Assembly: GCA_964304625.1 (NCBI GenBank)
Contig: OZ199838.1
Span: forward strand, 14,501,707 to 14,565,706
Origin: Kudoa neothunni
Lineage: Eukaryota > Animalia > Cnidaria
Direction: 5' to 3'
DNA length: 64,000 nucleotides
Shown: one piece after another, positions 13,159-25,800 of the stretch
Layout: the number at the start of each line of letters is the position of its first letter
Numbering within the stretch: the stretch's first letter is position 1
Made by a program: the position numbers and the translations under genes
Notes under the pieces: model-generated
The model's database searches: none
Told to the model about the DNA's origin: nothing
Seen by the model: only the letters and a program-made list of their open reading frames with translations

Positions 13159-14819
13159 TCAAAACTGGCAATCTGGGTTGTTTATATCAAATTCAACCAT
13201 TTCCTGTGCAATCGACTAGATAAAACTTTATATTATATTTAAATCACCGTTAAAATTTACTATGATGTTGTGTTTGGGGATCCAGTTTAATTTTTTCCTT
13301 GCCTTTGAAAAATCGCCTTTAAGATAATCCTTTTAAACATAGGTTAATCATAAGCTGAATAAAAAAGACTCCATAAAATGGTAACTACCACTTCCTTTTC
13401 CCTGAGAAATTCCTTATTTATTTTCACGCGTTCTACACCATTTTGATCTAGGCCAACTTCATCAATTCCACAACCTTTCCAACTATATTTAATGAAATGA
13501 CGGTGAAACAATGGATAAATAAACCTTATGGTTAGGTTGACATATTTGAAACATATTTCTACAAATTTTCGAACAGTAATCGCTTCATTAGTAGCAATAA
13601 CAAAGTCTTCAGGGTGTTCTTGTTGTAGCATTAACCACATGGCCTGTGGATAGGTGATTTTATTAGATTAATAATATTAAATACTTCAACGTAATCCTTT
13701 GCATGACCCCAATCCCTCACTGAGTCAAGATTCCCCAATTCTACCTGTTTTTGTTGAATTTATATAGAAATGATAAATTCATTTGACGACTTACGTATTG
13801 TTGCTTGTCGAGTTTGATATTTGCAACTGCTTTTGAAATTTTTCTTGTAACGAAATGTAAATTACGGCGAGGACTTTCGTGATTAAACAATATTCCAGAT
13901 ACCACAAACATACCATATGCATCTCGATAAATTCTTACCAAGTGATGTGAAAACAATTTTCCAACACCTAAAATTGCCACTTGATCAACACTAATACACA
14001 TTCCCATACCGTAAGGTGAACAAGGTAAAAATATGGAATTTTCATTCTTCAATTCCTCTTTATTTTCGCCATACATTTCGCTGGATGATGCCTATTGGGT
14101 CGTTTAGTTTGAAGAGAATTAATGAAAAAATAACCTGATAGATTCTGATGTGTTTTCCAAAGCCACACAACCTTACCGCTTCTAGAATCCTTAGAAATCC
14201 CAGTGTAGCAATCTCTGAAGTATAGGATGGTAGTTCAAATGACACTTTTACGTGGCTTTGACAGGCTAGATTGTATATTTCCACAGGTTTGATCTAACAC
14301 ATAATTATTTTTGTTTCAATTCATGATGACAGAGTTGACTAACAAATTATTATATTGAGTCATAATATCAAAAATAATATTTTTTTTAATAAAGACATTT
14401 TAAATTTTATAATTAAAATTATTAAATATGATATTATAATAAACAATTATACATTTTTTATCAATCGAACCAATGATCCTTGGTCGGATAAATCACCATA
14501 ATGTAAAATCAACCCTTAATTAAATTTATTTGTATACACAAAAATTTATATGTATTTACGTTTAACATTATTTTTTAATATATTTTCTAATCTCCCTGTT
14601 GAATCTGTGCTAGATCGGCGAATAATCCCATGAACCTGATTTGATTCCAATAATATACGATTGGTTATAACAATTAATACTTGATAGTCTTTTGAAAGCA
14701 GCAACTCAGCCAAATAAGACCCATCCTATACCGACCATTAATTATACAATATATGGTTTATCGATGACTTGTCCTGTTATCCCTGTGATGAGTGCTATCT
14801 TCAGGGGTGGATTGTCCAT
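13159..14819 (-). CDS. GMDS: GDP-mannose 4,6-dehydratase (multi-exon)
   Basis: ALITGITGQ|DGSYLAELLL, VHGIIRRSS, LHYGDLSD, YNLACQSHVKVSFE, ASSSEMYG, GILFNHESPRR, GNLDSVRDWGHAKDYV, MWLMLQQEHPEDFVIAT, YLKGDFSKARKKLNW. Confidence 0.97.
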
Positions 14820-16070
14820 TTTATTTTAAGAAATCAGATTAAACGAAAATCTATCAACAGACAGTCGACGAAAAAATCAGCGACAAAACATGAATGAAAT
14901 TCACGTTGCATCCAAAATATATCGTTAGGATGGTTCGTGACGTGGTGTTGTTAATTTAGTACCTAATTAAAATGTGTTAATGATCAAATTGGGCTATTAA
15001 AAAATATCGCCACTCTTCCAAATAGAATATAACAGTTATTTTATCGAACAATGGACGAAAATAATTTTCATGATACTTTTATGTTATTATTTCCTGAGGA
15101 AATTATAACGATCTATATTGATAAGAACTGAGTGATAAATAATTGTAAGTAATCCTTCTCAGATATTCGTTAAAATGAAACACAAAGGTGGCAAAAATAA
15201 TTACTGAGAATATCCATAGAATTAGTTAGAAAATAAAAATTTTGATTTTAGATATTTGACAGACTACCTTTTAAATAATTTTAAGAGTGGATTATTTGGT
15301 GAAATTATTTAATTTATATCTAATACTGACATAGTCGACATTATTGCGAAATATTTTCATTGCGATTAATAAAAATGATTCGGAGATATTCTCTTCAAAA
15401 TTAATGAAGGAATAATTTTATAGTTTAATTTCAAGTTTGACAATAACTAAAAATAAGAAACTCACTTTACGGTATCTTAGAAATTCATCGTGTGTGACAG
15501 TGTCATGGAATTTCTTAATGAATATATTTATAGTGTGTTTATATTATCAATTCTTGTTGAATTAAATAATTTATAAACAGCGTCTAATATCATTTCATGT
15601 TGTTTCCTCTAGCCAATTTGTGTATATTATCTGATACACCACAAAAGTTATGTTCTTGCTTGGGAGTTTACATCTCCAACTCATAATCCAGTATTTAATC
15701 GTATCAGCTATCAGCAATAAGCTAAACACCACATGACATAAACTCAAAAGATTGAAGTCTTTGGTTTAATTGACATAAATAAAAAAAATATCGTTATTTT
15801 TATATCATTGTTAACTCAATCTGTAAAAAAATTTTATTTTAGGAATTTTATGTAACTTGTGATATAAAGTTCAGGTCGTATATAATTTTCCCATTGGCTT
15901 AACATTATATTTAATGAGGTTAAAAAACTTGTGTTTATTGACTCCGTAATATTTGGAATATTAAAATATTATTTTCAATATCTCAATTGAAAATGTTAAA
16001 TCTTTACCTCAAATTATATATCCACAAAATTTTTACTTCGATAAATAATTTTTTTTTGTTTAAAAAGTCA

Positions 16071-16548
16071 AACCACTGGCGCAACTTGTTAGATTGTGAA
16101 GTTCGGGCTGATTAGGTTGGCCTTCTCCATTCACGCATTAGACACGTTAGCGTCACATTAAGGCGACTTACGTTTACGTTTATACTGTTATGTTGGATTT
16201 TAACCCTCTAAACATCCTCGTTTCGGGGCAACCATCATCCCACAATACCCTGGACTAACCCAGAATTAGTCTGCGAAAGTCGTCTGAATGCGGGTGTCGA
16301 CTCTACGGAAACCCCCTACTGGGTTTTGTCGTTCCTGTCCCCCAGCGTTTATGAGCGTCCGGGTTCTACCCTTCCGTTAGATTCCCTTCCCAGCTGAAAG
16401 AAAGGCCACGACAAATCGTAAATCATTGCGATTACTACAACCTTCCTACTTAATTTCGGATTAGGAATAAAGGAACGCCCGGACTAGATTTCAACTTCAC
16501 AACCTCTAGGTATGCGATCTCTACCTAACACCACTATGCAATATTGTC
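16071..16548 (-). mobile_element. tRNA-derived SINE-like repeat, copy 1
   Basis: Homologous along its length to 53113..53835. Minus-strand head GACAATATTGCATAGTGGTGTTAGG...GGTTGTGAAGTTGAAATC is tRNA-like. GC-rich relative to its flanks. Confidence 0.7.
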
Positions 16549-18941
16549 AGGCTGATAAATAATGGATTGTTACGAATTTTCAAACTTCTTGACCACTCAC
16601 CATTTTATAATTTCGTAGTGAGATATTAAATCAGTAATTTTTATTATAAACAAATTAGAATAAGGAAAGCTATGACTTAAAATCGGAATTTATGGAAGTC
16701 ATTAAAGGGTATTAAAATGATTCGAATATTATTAAAAATTTTTCCTATTTATAAAAATATTTACTTTCCCAGCTTAGTTCTTTCATATTTAAAAAAATAT
16801 TGTTTAATTAGTAGCTTTATGCGATTAGTTAAAAATATTAATGATATTATCGTCTATAACGATTTGAAAAGATTACAAAAGGTTTTTTTCGGCGAAACAT
16901 TTAAAATTTTGTAAAATTAATTAACTATTTTTAACAATATACTATAAATGTCAGAAGCACCCGTTGGGGGGGAGGATAACGTTATTTCTAATAAATTACT
17001 AAAGTCGAACCACAGTTAAGAAAATAACAATCAATGATTTACATAAAGTCTATACGTGAGAACGTGTTAATCCCTTTAAACAATCAATTTTTGAATTTTG
17101 AAATTTAAACAAATTGACGTTTACAATACTTCAAATTAAACAAATAAAAAAATTATGTTTAAGTGAATATTTTTTGATAATTTTAAAATTTTTTAGACTA
17201 CATGCTTTATTGCTGTCATCATAAAATATTTAGAGTTTCTTCAGTCATTATTACTTTTCGGTCATTAAGTTGAGATAAATTAGGTTTCAAAATATTTGTA
17301 GAAATGAATTACTTGTTTGTTTGGCCTGCTTATTTTTGTATGTGATTTCTTATGTCATACCAATCACAAACTATCGATAGATTTACTAATAATGTTTTGT
17401 TATGCGGAAATTAGGGAACAAGAAAAAATTTTATCACACCAGATTTAAGTTGACAAGATTAAATAAAACTATGTGACTCCAAAACTTAATTTTTTTGATA
17501 CTATTAACAGAAGAATGACCGTTTACTGGTTGACAAAATTATCTCAGGGTATATTTTTCTCAACTGCTGCAGAGAGATTTTAATCTACATTTGTGCTATT
17601 CTATTCCATTTTAGATTCAGATTATACTTTTCTTTTATCTTAATCAATATAATCAAGTGAATTATTATCAATTACGATAGAATTAATTATCCTTTCATTT
17701 TTCTGAGAAGTAGCAAATAACTATAAGATTAGGCATAACTAATCAAATTAATTAATGAATTACGAAAAATACAAACTCTTTCTGATTAAAAGATTTTTCT
17801 CGAAGTTAAGTAATATTTTTCAACGAAATTCAAATTATCTCTGAGGATAAAAATGATAATTTCGCATACTTTTTTCTTTTGCACCTCAGCTTGTTAGGTA
17901 ATGATTTGATGATTGGTGCCCTGTACATATTTCTCAAATTGTAACGTTATTAACCAAAACCATTAAAAAGAACCCTAATACATATGCTATAGATTGTAAC
18001 TTTATACTTTCAAAATTTTACAAATAATCATTGTTTACCGAATTTTCAATATTTTACCCGCCCATAAATTCATACAAGCAGATTAAAATATAATTTAGGA
18101 CAGGATAATACCAATAATCGCTATTACACTAATTTTGTATGAGACTAGAATTAACATTAGCATCCATGCGATATAAAAATAATTTTAAAGTTTATAATAG
18201 AAATTCAGTTTTTAATTTTATTAAATTAAGGTTACAGTATATGGAAACTCGTTCAATTCTTGCGAGTCATTTTGGAATATTTTAAACTAAGATTTCTCAA
18301 TTTTCTGGTAAACAAACTAATTTTAATCGGTTAATTTAATTATACCTTTCTTAAGCTCTTTCGATTAGTCCAAAATTTCAACTTTTTTGGGTCACTTTAC
18401 ATTAAAAATAAGGGTCCGTTAATCTTACAATTAAAATAAGGGGTTTAGTTAAATATATTATTTTAGAATAGGAATACAGTAGGTCTTGATATTGAACTGA
18501 TATTATATTGTAGTAGTTTTTATATGTTATGCTTAATTTGTTGTTTGATGCATTTTTATAATTTAATATAATAATTAGAAAACAAGATTTTTGCTTTTTT
18601 AAGTCTATTTTTAGGACTTGTGGGGTCTTACTATTGCGCTTTCGTTAGCCCTACTTTAAAACCGACAAATCTCCGAAATTGTAAATTATAGATTCATTTC
18701 GGCAATTTCATAATGTAATTTAGTTGGAATTAGTATTATTTATTTGGGAATATAAAATTTGAATAAATAAATATTGAATGCGAAACAATTCCCCTGCGGC
18801 AGTTTAGGTTATTAAGTATGATATAATTACAACTTTATCTAAACTACTATCGGTTAATTTTTTGAATTGAATTTTACCTTAAAAACTAAAATTATAGTCT
18901 CCATGGTTTTCTCTAAATGGATAAAAATTATAACTATAAAA

Positions 18942-19021
18942 TTCAGGAAACTCTAAATTGAGATGCATGACTCGATGGTTTTTCAGGAAACTCTAAATTG
19001 AGATGCATGACTCGATGGTTT
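18942..19021. repeat. Perfect 40-bp tandem duplication
   Basis: TTCAGGAAACTCTAAATTGAGATGCATGACTCGATGGTTT occurs twice in direct succession. Confidence 0.95.
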
Positions 19022-19099
19022 TTTAAGCGTCAATAAATAATCGTTGGTTCTAAATCCTATAAAATATGCAACAATCTAGATTATGATATATTAAAATTA

Positions 19100-19800
19100 A
19101 TAGTTTATTTATTGAATAGTTAATGTAAAAACTTAATGGTTCGCTTTTATCTGAAAAATTATACTATTCACGGGGAAGATAAAAATATTGATATGAATGT
19201 TGTTTATGAGCTGATATTCAAATTTTTTGTAGATTTGAATTGATGGGAAAAGATAAAAGTGTTAAGTATAAATTTAAATTCTAGCTACTACGAATAATTA
19301 ATCTTACAGATATAAAAGTGCAAAAAGAACGAAATAAAGATGTTCGAAGCAATGAAAAAAGCATGTCGACTCATTAGTAACTTCTTTTCTTGGAGATGTT
19401 TCCAATTTATTTTATTGGCAAGTAAATATCTCTCTGCCTTAAACAATTAAATGTCTACCCATTAAACATATTTTATAAAATATTTTTTTATAATTGTACG
19501 TGATTTTTTTAGATAATAACTACCCTAATCACAGATGCATGCAAAAGGACAAGTTTCTTATAATGTTGGATAAATGTCCATCATATCCATCAATTAAATA
19601 GAAAATTTGACGATAATGAGTTATGTTTTCCAAAAAAATACAACAAGCGTTTTTAACGAATGGATCTCGACATCTTAAATATCTGGAGTCAAATTATTGA
19701 AAAATTCTTAACGGAAATTTCGTTTGAAAGACAATTTCGAACAATTTCGAACAATCTCGACACATTTGATTTCCTCAGTAAAAATAAAATAACATAAAAC
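19100..19800 (+). pseudogene. Highly degenerate Tigger/pogo transposase relic
   Basis: Fragments TIHGEDKNID, KVQKER, FLIMLDKCPSYP and NTTSVF*RMDLDIL match the DDE_1 consensus LLLDNCPAHP...NTTSxLQPMDQGII. Confidence 0.6.
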
Positions 19801-19903
19801 AATTTAATAAAGTCGTCATTATTCTAAACAATATATCGAACACATATTGCTGTTTTATGCAAAATATAATAAGTAATTTACTATTAATCAGCAAAATAAC
19901 TAA

Positions 19904-20364
19904 TCAATTTAATGTTTCTGCGACTATTATTATAATTAGAATTAGATACCAAAACAGACATGTTGAGAAATTAATATTATCGAAGCCATCAGAACAGGTA
20001 CCGAAAATATAGGACTCCAAATAAGTGACGAGGAAGAATGCTATATTAAAATAAAAGCTATGAAAGTAATTCATTCTGAGAAAGATCTTGATCTTAGTAT
20101 CCACAGTGAAATTATTCTACTAAGTGTATTATTAATACAGTATTCCAAGACTTGAATGCAACTGCGCCGGTCAAAATGCAACCCCATGCAATAATATAGA
20201 AAAAAAAAAGGGAAATATGTTATCTTAATGCAATGATAGGGAACCAATGACAGTTTTACCAGCTGAAGTTCATAATCATTTTTCGTATAATTTAAAATTA
20301 TATTCATAAGATCACTACTCATAACAAATAACATTGCCAGAAAAATGAGTGTACATAAAATCAA
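19904..20364 (-). other. Frameshifted hydrophobic ORF pair, possible membrane-protein gene fragment
   Basis: Overlapping ORFs 20071..20364 and 19904..20104 with TM-like stretches, abutting a Tc1-like element. No family recognised. Confidence 0.25.
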
Positions 20365-21305
20365 TCATTGGGTACATTTTAAAGCAAAAATTGATGGATA
20401 CGGAATTAAGTGTACCAAAAAAAGGAAAGGGGATGACAAAAGGTCAGAATTGACTGAAACCCATAAATTGTACATTCGCGGACTTGTCGACGAGGATAAT
20501 ACTACTCCGTTGAATTCTATTGCCGAAAAAAGTTCTAGAATGTTTTGATATTAATGTTTCTCCGCAAACGATTTCGAATTTTTTAAGGGATTTTCATTAC
20601 ACTTTAAGAAAAATTTCCATTGTACCCCCAGGAAGAAAATTCTCAAGATTGTATAGAAATGAGAAAAAGGTTTATTGTCATCTTAAAAAATTGATTTAAA
20701 AAATGAATAGATCGCGTTACAATACCTTGAACTTAAACCTCATCATTCTACTGTCATCTATATAGATGAATCGGGTTTCTCTCTGTCAATGAGAAGAGCA
20801 TTTGGACGGAAACATTCAGGGTCAAGAGCGAACCTGAAAGTAAAAAGCATTTGCTCAAAAAATATTACACTTATAGCAGCTATAAGCTCAGAACGGGTTT
20901 AGATATACCACGTAGAAAATGGAACTATCAACCAACAAATTTTTTTCTATTTTCATAGATAAACTATTTAGCGATTTGATCCACAATGATGTTGATAACG
21001 ACTTACTAATTGTGGATATCGTGAGATTCCATAAAACAGATCTAGGAAGGATCCGAATTCAACCCACAAACCATAGATTATTATTCGTTCACGATACTTT
21101 CCGTACCCCCAATCCAAATGAGGAGTTTTTCCGTCAAATTAAATCCATTGTAAGAAACAAGGGACCATCTAATCAGGAAGAATTGATCAATGCAATTATG
21201 GCCATCTCAGATGGAGTGTCTGTTGATCAGCTACAATATTATGCGAATTATGCGGAATCCTATTTCGCCGCCTGTATTAATTCCAAAGAATTTAATAATA
21301 ATTAG
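20345..21305 (+). pseudogene. Tc1/IS630-like (DDE_3) transposase pseudogene
   Basis: HTH region (IRGLVDEDNTTPLNSIAEK; VSPQTIS), IYIDESGFSLSMRRAFG, NITLIAAIS, IVDIVRFHK, PNPNEEFFRQIKSIVR; multiple frameshifts. Confidence 0.85.
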
Positions 21306-22838
21306 ATCAATTTTACGTTGTGTAAAAAACATGACTTCTAGACTGGTGCTGTTTAATATTAGATTTTTGTGTATTCATGTAAATAAGATTACAAATTAAA
21401 AAAAATAGTAAAATCTTATATTCAAAAAAACACATTTTTGGGAAGCGTAAATATTCAAAATTCGTCACTGTGATTAATCGATGACAAAAATGAATAAAAG
21501 AATTAATTCCTATACATATTATAAATAAATATAGATAGGCTTTATATGTTCAAAAAATTATTCACTCTAACATAATTAGTTATTTATAATTGTCAACAAA
21601 TATCTTAGTAGGATTAAAATTAAATTTTAAAATAAATAAGTTGTTTATTTAAAATGTTGCATTTTAATCCGACACAGTTACAATTAGGTCTTGAAATATT
21701 GTATCTCTAAATTTTATTGTACAATATTAGAGCATAAAACAAGTGGGACAATGACTCTTTTACATTATGTAAAAGAAAATTTGATTGGAAATTCCAAAAA
21801 GAGTTAAAAAATGAAATATAAGAATTTTTGTTTTTAAAAATATCAAGGTCGATTCCTGTCACGAGTGCGTCAAAAATCGAGATTTAGAAGTAAATTCGTA
21901 TTACGTGGTATATATATTTGAATCCGAACTTTGGTTCCCTATATTCAGTATTTACTGTAATAATGATAATTTTAACATAATGATTATTTAAAAATCAGGG
22001 TTTAATATTTTTTTCAAATTTAGATTTTTTGTAAATCTCAAGCATCAAAACATTAATAATTAAAAATTTATTAAAATGGACCTGACGATATTTGAATGTA
22101 TTCACCAGTGGATTGGTCCACCCTTTAGCGGTATTAGGTTATTAGGAGTCATCTAATTGGAAGTATGATTCAGTAGTCCTATTATGATTATTATCGTAAA
22201 AACTATTTATCAAAAGTTTTAAATTATTTTAAAGAAAAGTAAAAAAATAATTAAGAGGAAAATATACATAATTTTAACTCTTATTAGAATCACAATATTT
22301 TAACCTTAATTCCGACCGATTTATCCCGACTTGTTATTTTATTTACGGATTATTATTAACATAAAAATAAAATTGGGTTTTAAAAATCTATCTTATTATT
22401 TTTGAGCTTAATAATTTAAAACATAAATTTTAAATAATATAATTACGGGTTTAAATAGTTAAGTGAACTGTTTGGAGTAGTTTTTTATTTAATATTGACA
22501 AATTAATAATCTGAGATAAATTACCCATTCTTTCATAACTCAAAACGTATTATAAATTGACTTAATCTATTGATTATTTTAATTAATAGTCAAAAAAAAT
22601 TTTATATGAAATCAGCTTTGATTAATTACAAATTCCGACATAATATTGTATCTCTGTTTATAAAAAATACATACTATATAAAGTTATGTGACTTTTAGGT
22701 GAAAATTTTTAGGATTGGAACGAAACTATTTTACTTAATAAATATCTCATAATTATATTAGTGGTATAAAACCGAGAAAGACATTTTTATAGATTGTTTA
22801 AATATTCGAGATTAAAAATTAATATTCTTATCAGTAAA

Positions 22839-25800
22839 ATGGATCCAATTAATATAATATTATATTCGATAATCTCTCGTTATCTGACACGAATAAATTT
22901 CGCTCGAAATGTTCTATCAACGGATGCTAAAATTAGAACTAATTATTATACTAGTTGGTAGATTTTAACTTTTATATTTTAAAATGTATGCATGGCAATT
23001 AGGCTTATCTACGAGATACTCCATGGAAAGTAAAAAATTATCCGAATCGGGAACCGTACATCCTACCACCCATGTAATAAAATAATATCTTGCCTTAAAC
23101 TATTAACGTTGCAAAATAAGCTCACCAACATGACTATTGAAAATGAAACAACGATGAATGTTTCCAAAGTTTTGGAGATAAGTAATGAACTCCGAAAATG
23201 TTATTTTGGGTCAAACATACCGATTTAGATAAGCAAAGCTTCTATGATTTTTCCTCGACAATCAAACAGAAACTCCCTCTTCAGATTTATTTTTTGATTT
23301 TATGGAGGAAACAATGATGCCATAGAAAAAACTCAAAAGAAACTCAACAGAATTAGTAGGCGGATATATTTGCACAATTTTAAATTAATGTTGAATCAAG
23401 TTAAGGAATTAAGAGGTTATAAGGATCCCGTATCTTTGGATTTGGCTTCTATTATGATAAACCATATCGACCAATAACAACTTCTGCTAGAGATATGTAA
23501 CGCATTTAGCAAATTTTTTATTTTCATCAATTGTTTTTTAGAAATCGAGAATATGAGTTTAAAAACATTCTTAGTCTAACTGAGGATCTCAACAAAGCAG
23601 AAGTATACTCGAAAAATTTATCTGTTTCCAACGTATAAATTATGTATCGATGAATATAGAAAAAGACAGTCAATCTCAATAAATCTCTAACATACGAAAA
23701 TGTCATTCAAGGCGCAGGATTAGACGCGGTGGCTCATTCAGCTCTGTGTGGGGAACGAGTATCTCTTTATTTCATTAATCTGTTTAACAAAGCTATCTAC
23801 TTCAGCTGTTTGACGCTACACCCATTTTTAATTTCTCATAAAATTTTAAATTATCCCCAAATTAATATCTTGCTGAATCGGTTATTTTACATATGAGGTT
23901 TTTTGAGATCTATCGTAAAAAGGATTCAAATTATCCCCAAATAAAAGTTTAATTTTAACCTCATAGGAATGCTTGATAATATAATATTTTTATAAAAAAT
24001 AAAATTAATGATTTTATCATTAAATTATGCTAAGATTATGATAGCTCTCTATCAGCATGATTTCGAAATAAGCTTTTTTTAATTCCTTCGTAGAATCCTA
24101 ATTTATCTAGAAATAGAACAACGAGATAAAAATAAATGATCTTTTCTTTTTAAATTTTTTGTATTTCCGTATTCTTCTTTTCTCATATAGTCCCTATAAT
24201 ACCATAATGCCTTGTGATGTCGAAATTAAATCCAAAGTTGATTTTAAGACATCCTCCTATTGAGCTTGTGTTGGACAAAACGATTCGGTCTATTTTCATT
24301 ATGCAGGTTAGTGTGCTGGTGTCAAAAAATTCTCTTCTAATGAGATTGAGTCTCAGATATTCCTGATATTTTTTGGAAAACAGTACGGTAACCAAGTTTG
24401 AACATATTCAGGCCGAGTATTGGTATTTTGTATAGTTTAGTTACTAAGGATTGAGAATTGTAACTGTATTTTTTATTTTTAACCAATTTTACAATTATCT
24501 ATATATGTAATTGCAAGTGAAACAGTTTTAAATCAATAAACTAAATATTTATTAAGAATATTTATATATTTTATAATTAATAATTTTTATTAGAATAAGC
24601 CGTTATTTCATTATCATAGTTGAGCATATTTATTGAGTCAAAAATGCATATAAAATGTTTGGCATTTACAAAGGTCAAATATAGTAAAAAATCCCGCATT
24701 TGGAATTTACATTTAATTTTTCATACAAAACGAGTAATTTTTATTCATACGTGATTAAAATTTATATCCTCATTCAAAAATTATTTTTTAGTTTTAACTT
24801 TCTTTTTTTGCTTGAAAATTAATTAAAAACCTAACATACATTTTAAATTCAGAATGTGTATTTTATACTTACCTACATTCCAATCATTGAATTAATTTAA
24901 TAAGGTCTTGCCTGCTATTAACTTGAAATACGAGATAAAATTTTTAATTTTCTAGGTCTTCTTAGTTTATTTAGCAGCGTAGTACGTCTTTATATGTAAA
25001 ATCCCTTATTTGTCACCCTGCCTGTTTTCCCCCAAGTAGCCATGTGTCACATTATTTACTACTCATAGAAAAACATTTATGATAATTTTAAAACTCTAAT
25101 ATATTTTAAAAATTATTCTATTTATTATTAAAACCTTAAATATCGTAAAATAATTTAAAAATGTAGATTTTATCGATTTTATGATTGTTAAACAGATTAC
25201 ATAACTTTCAGAAATGGAATAAAGGCTCGCTTGCTTCATGGTGATTCTCAATTAAAGTTATCATCCCTTTTTTAAATTTAATATTATCTGTTGATTAATT
25301 AAATGATCAATCTATACAAATTAGAAGTTAATGTATTTTTTGGAATTAACGTATTAATTGTTTTATCATCAATTCAAAAGTGATTAATTCAAACGACTGG
25401 AATTGATTTCCGTAATATATATTTAAAATATAACTCACCAGATTCTTTTTAAATGTGGATTATAAACTAATTTTTATTTTAATCGTTTCTTCTATGGTTT
25501 AAAACAAATTTTTCCGTTAAAATGTTTTTTTAGGCATTTTATTTAAATAAAATTAATAACCATACATCAGGTGTATGAATAAAAATAGAAGTGAAATAAT
25601 TGACCGCCAATATACGTTATTTGAGGTAATTTTAGGCGAGTTTGACAGATTCTAGATAAAATAAATAGGAATAGCTTATTATTAGAGAGATATGTGAATT
25701 TTCTTGATTTTTAAAACAACAAAATATTAAACTGAGTTTATTTTATACTTAGAGCTAATATCCATATAAATTTTTGTTTGAATAAGTTTGTGAGTTTAAT

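Noticed and set aside
16210-16265. HDV-like ribozyme hint (TCCTCG...GGGCAAC...CTAA)
   Set aside because: There is no room for the P3' and P1' strands, no upstream P2 partner, and the motif is not conserved in copy 2.
18942-19021. CRISPR-like repeat
   Set aside because: Only two adjacent copies with no spacer, no cas genes, and a eukaryotic context.
20345-21305. Bacterial IS630 (or IS1595 at 52038) as contamination or a prokaryotic locus
   Set aside because: Both are embedded among spliceosomal-intron genes and are best explained as eukaryotic Tc1-like and Merlin elements.
22077-22140. Short ORF MDLTIFECIHQWIGPPFSG as the first exon of integrin 1
   Set aside because: It is not signal-peptide-like; the ATG at 22839 gives a better, phase-consistent signal peptide.
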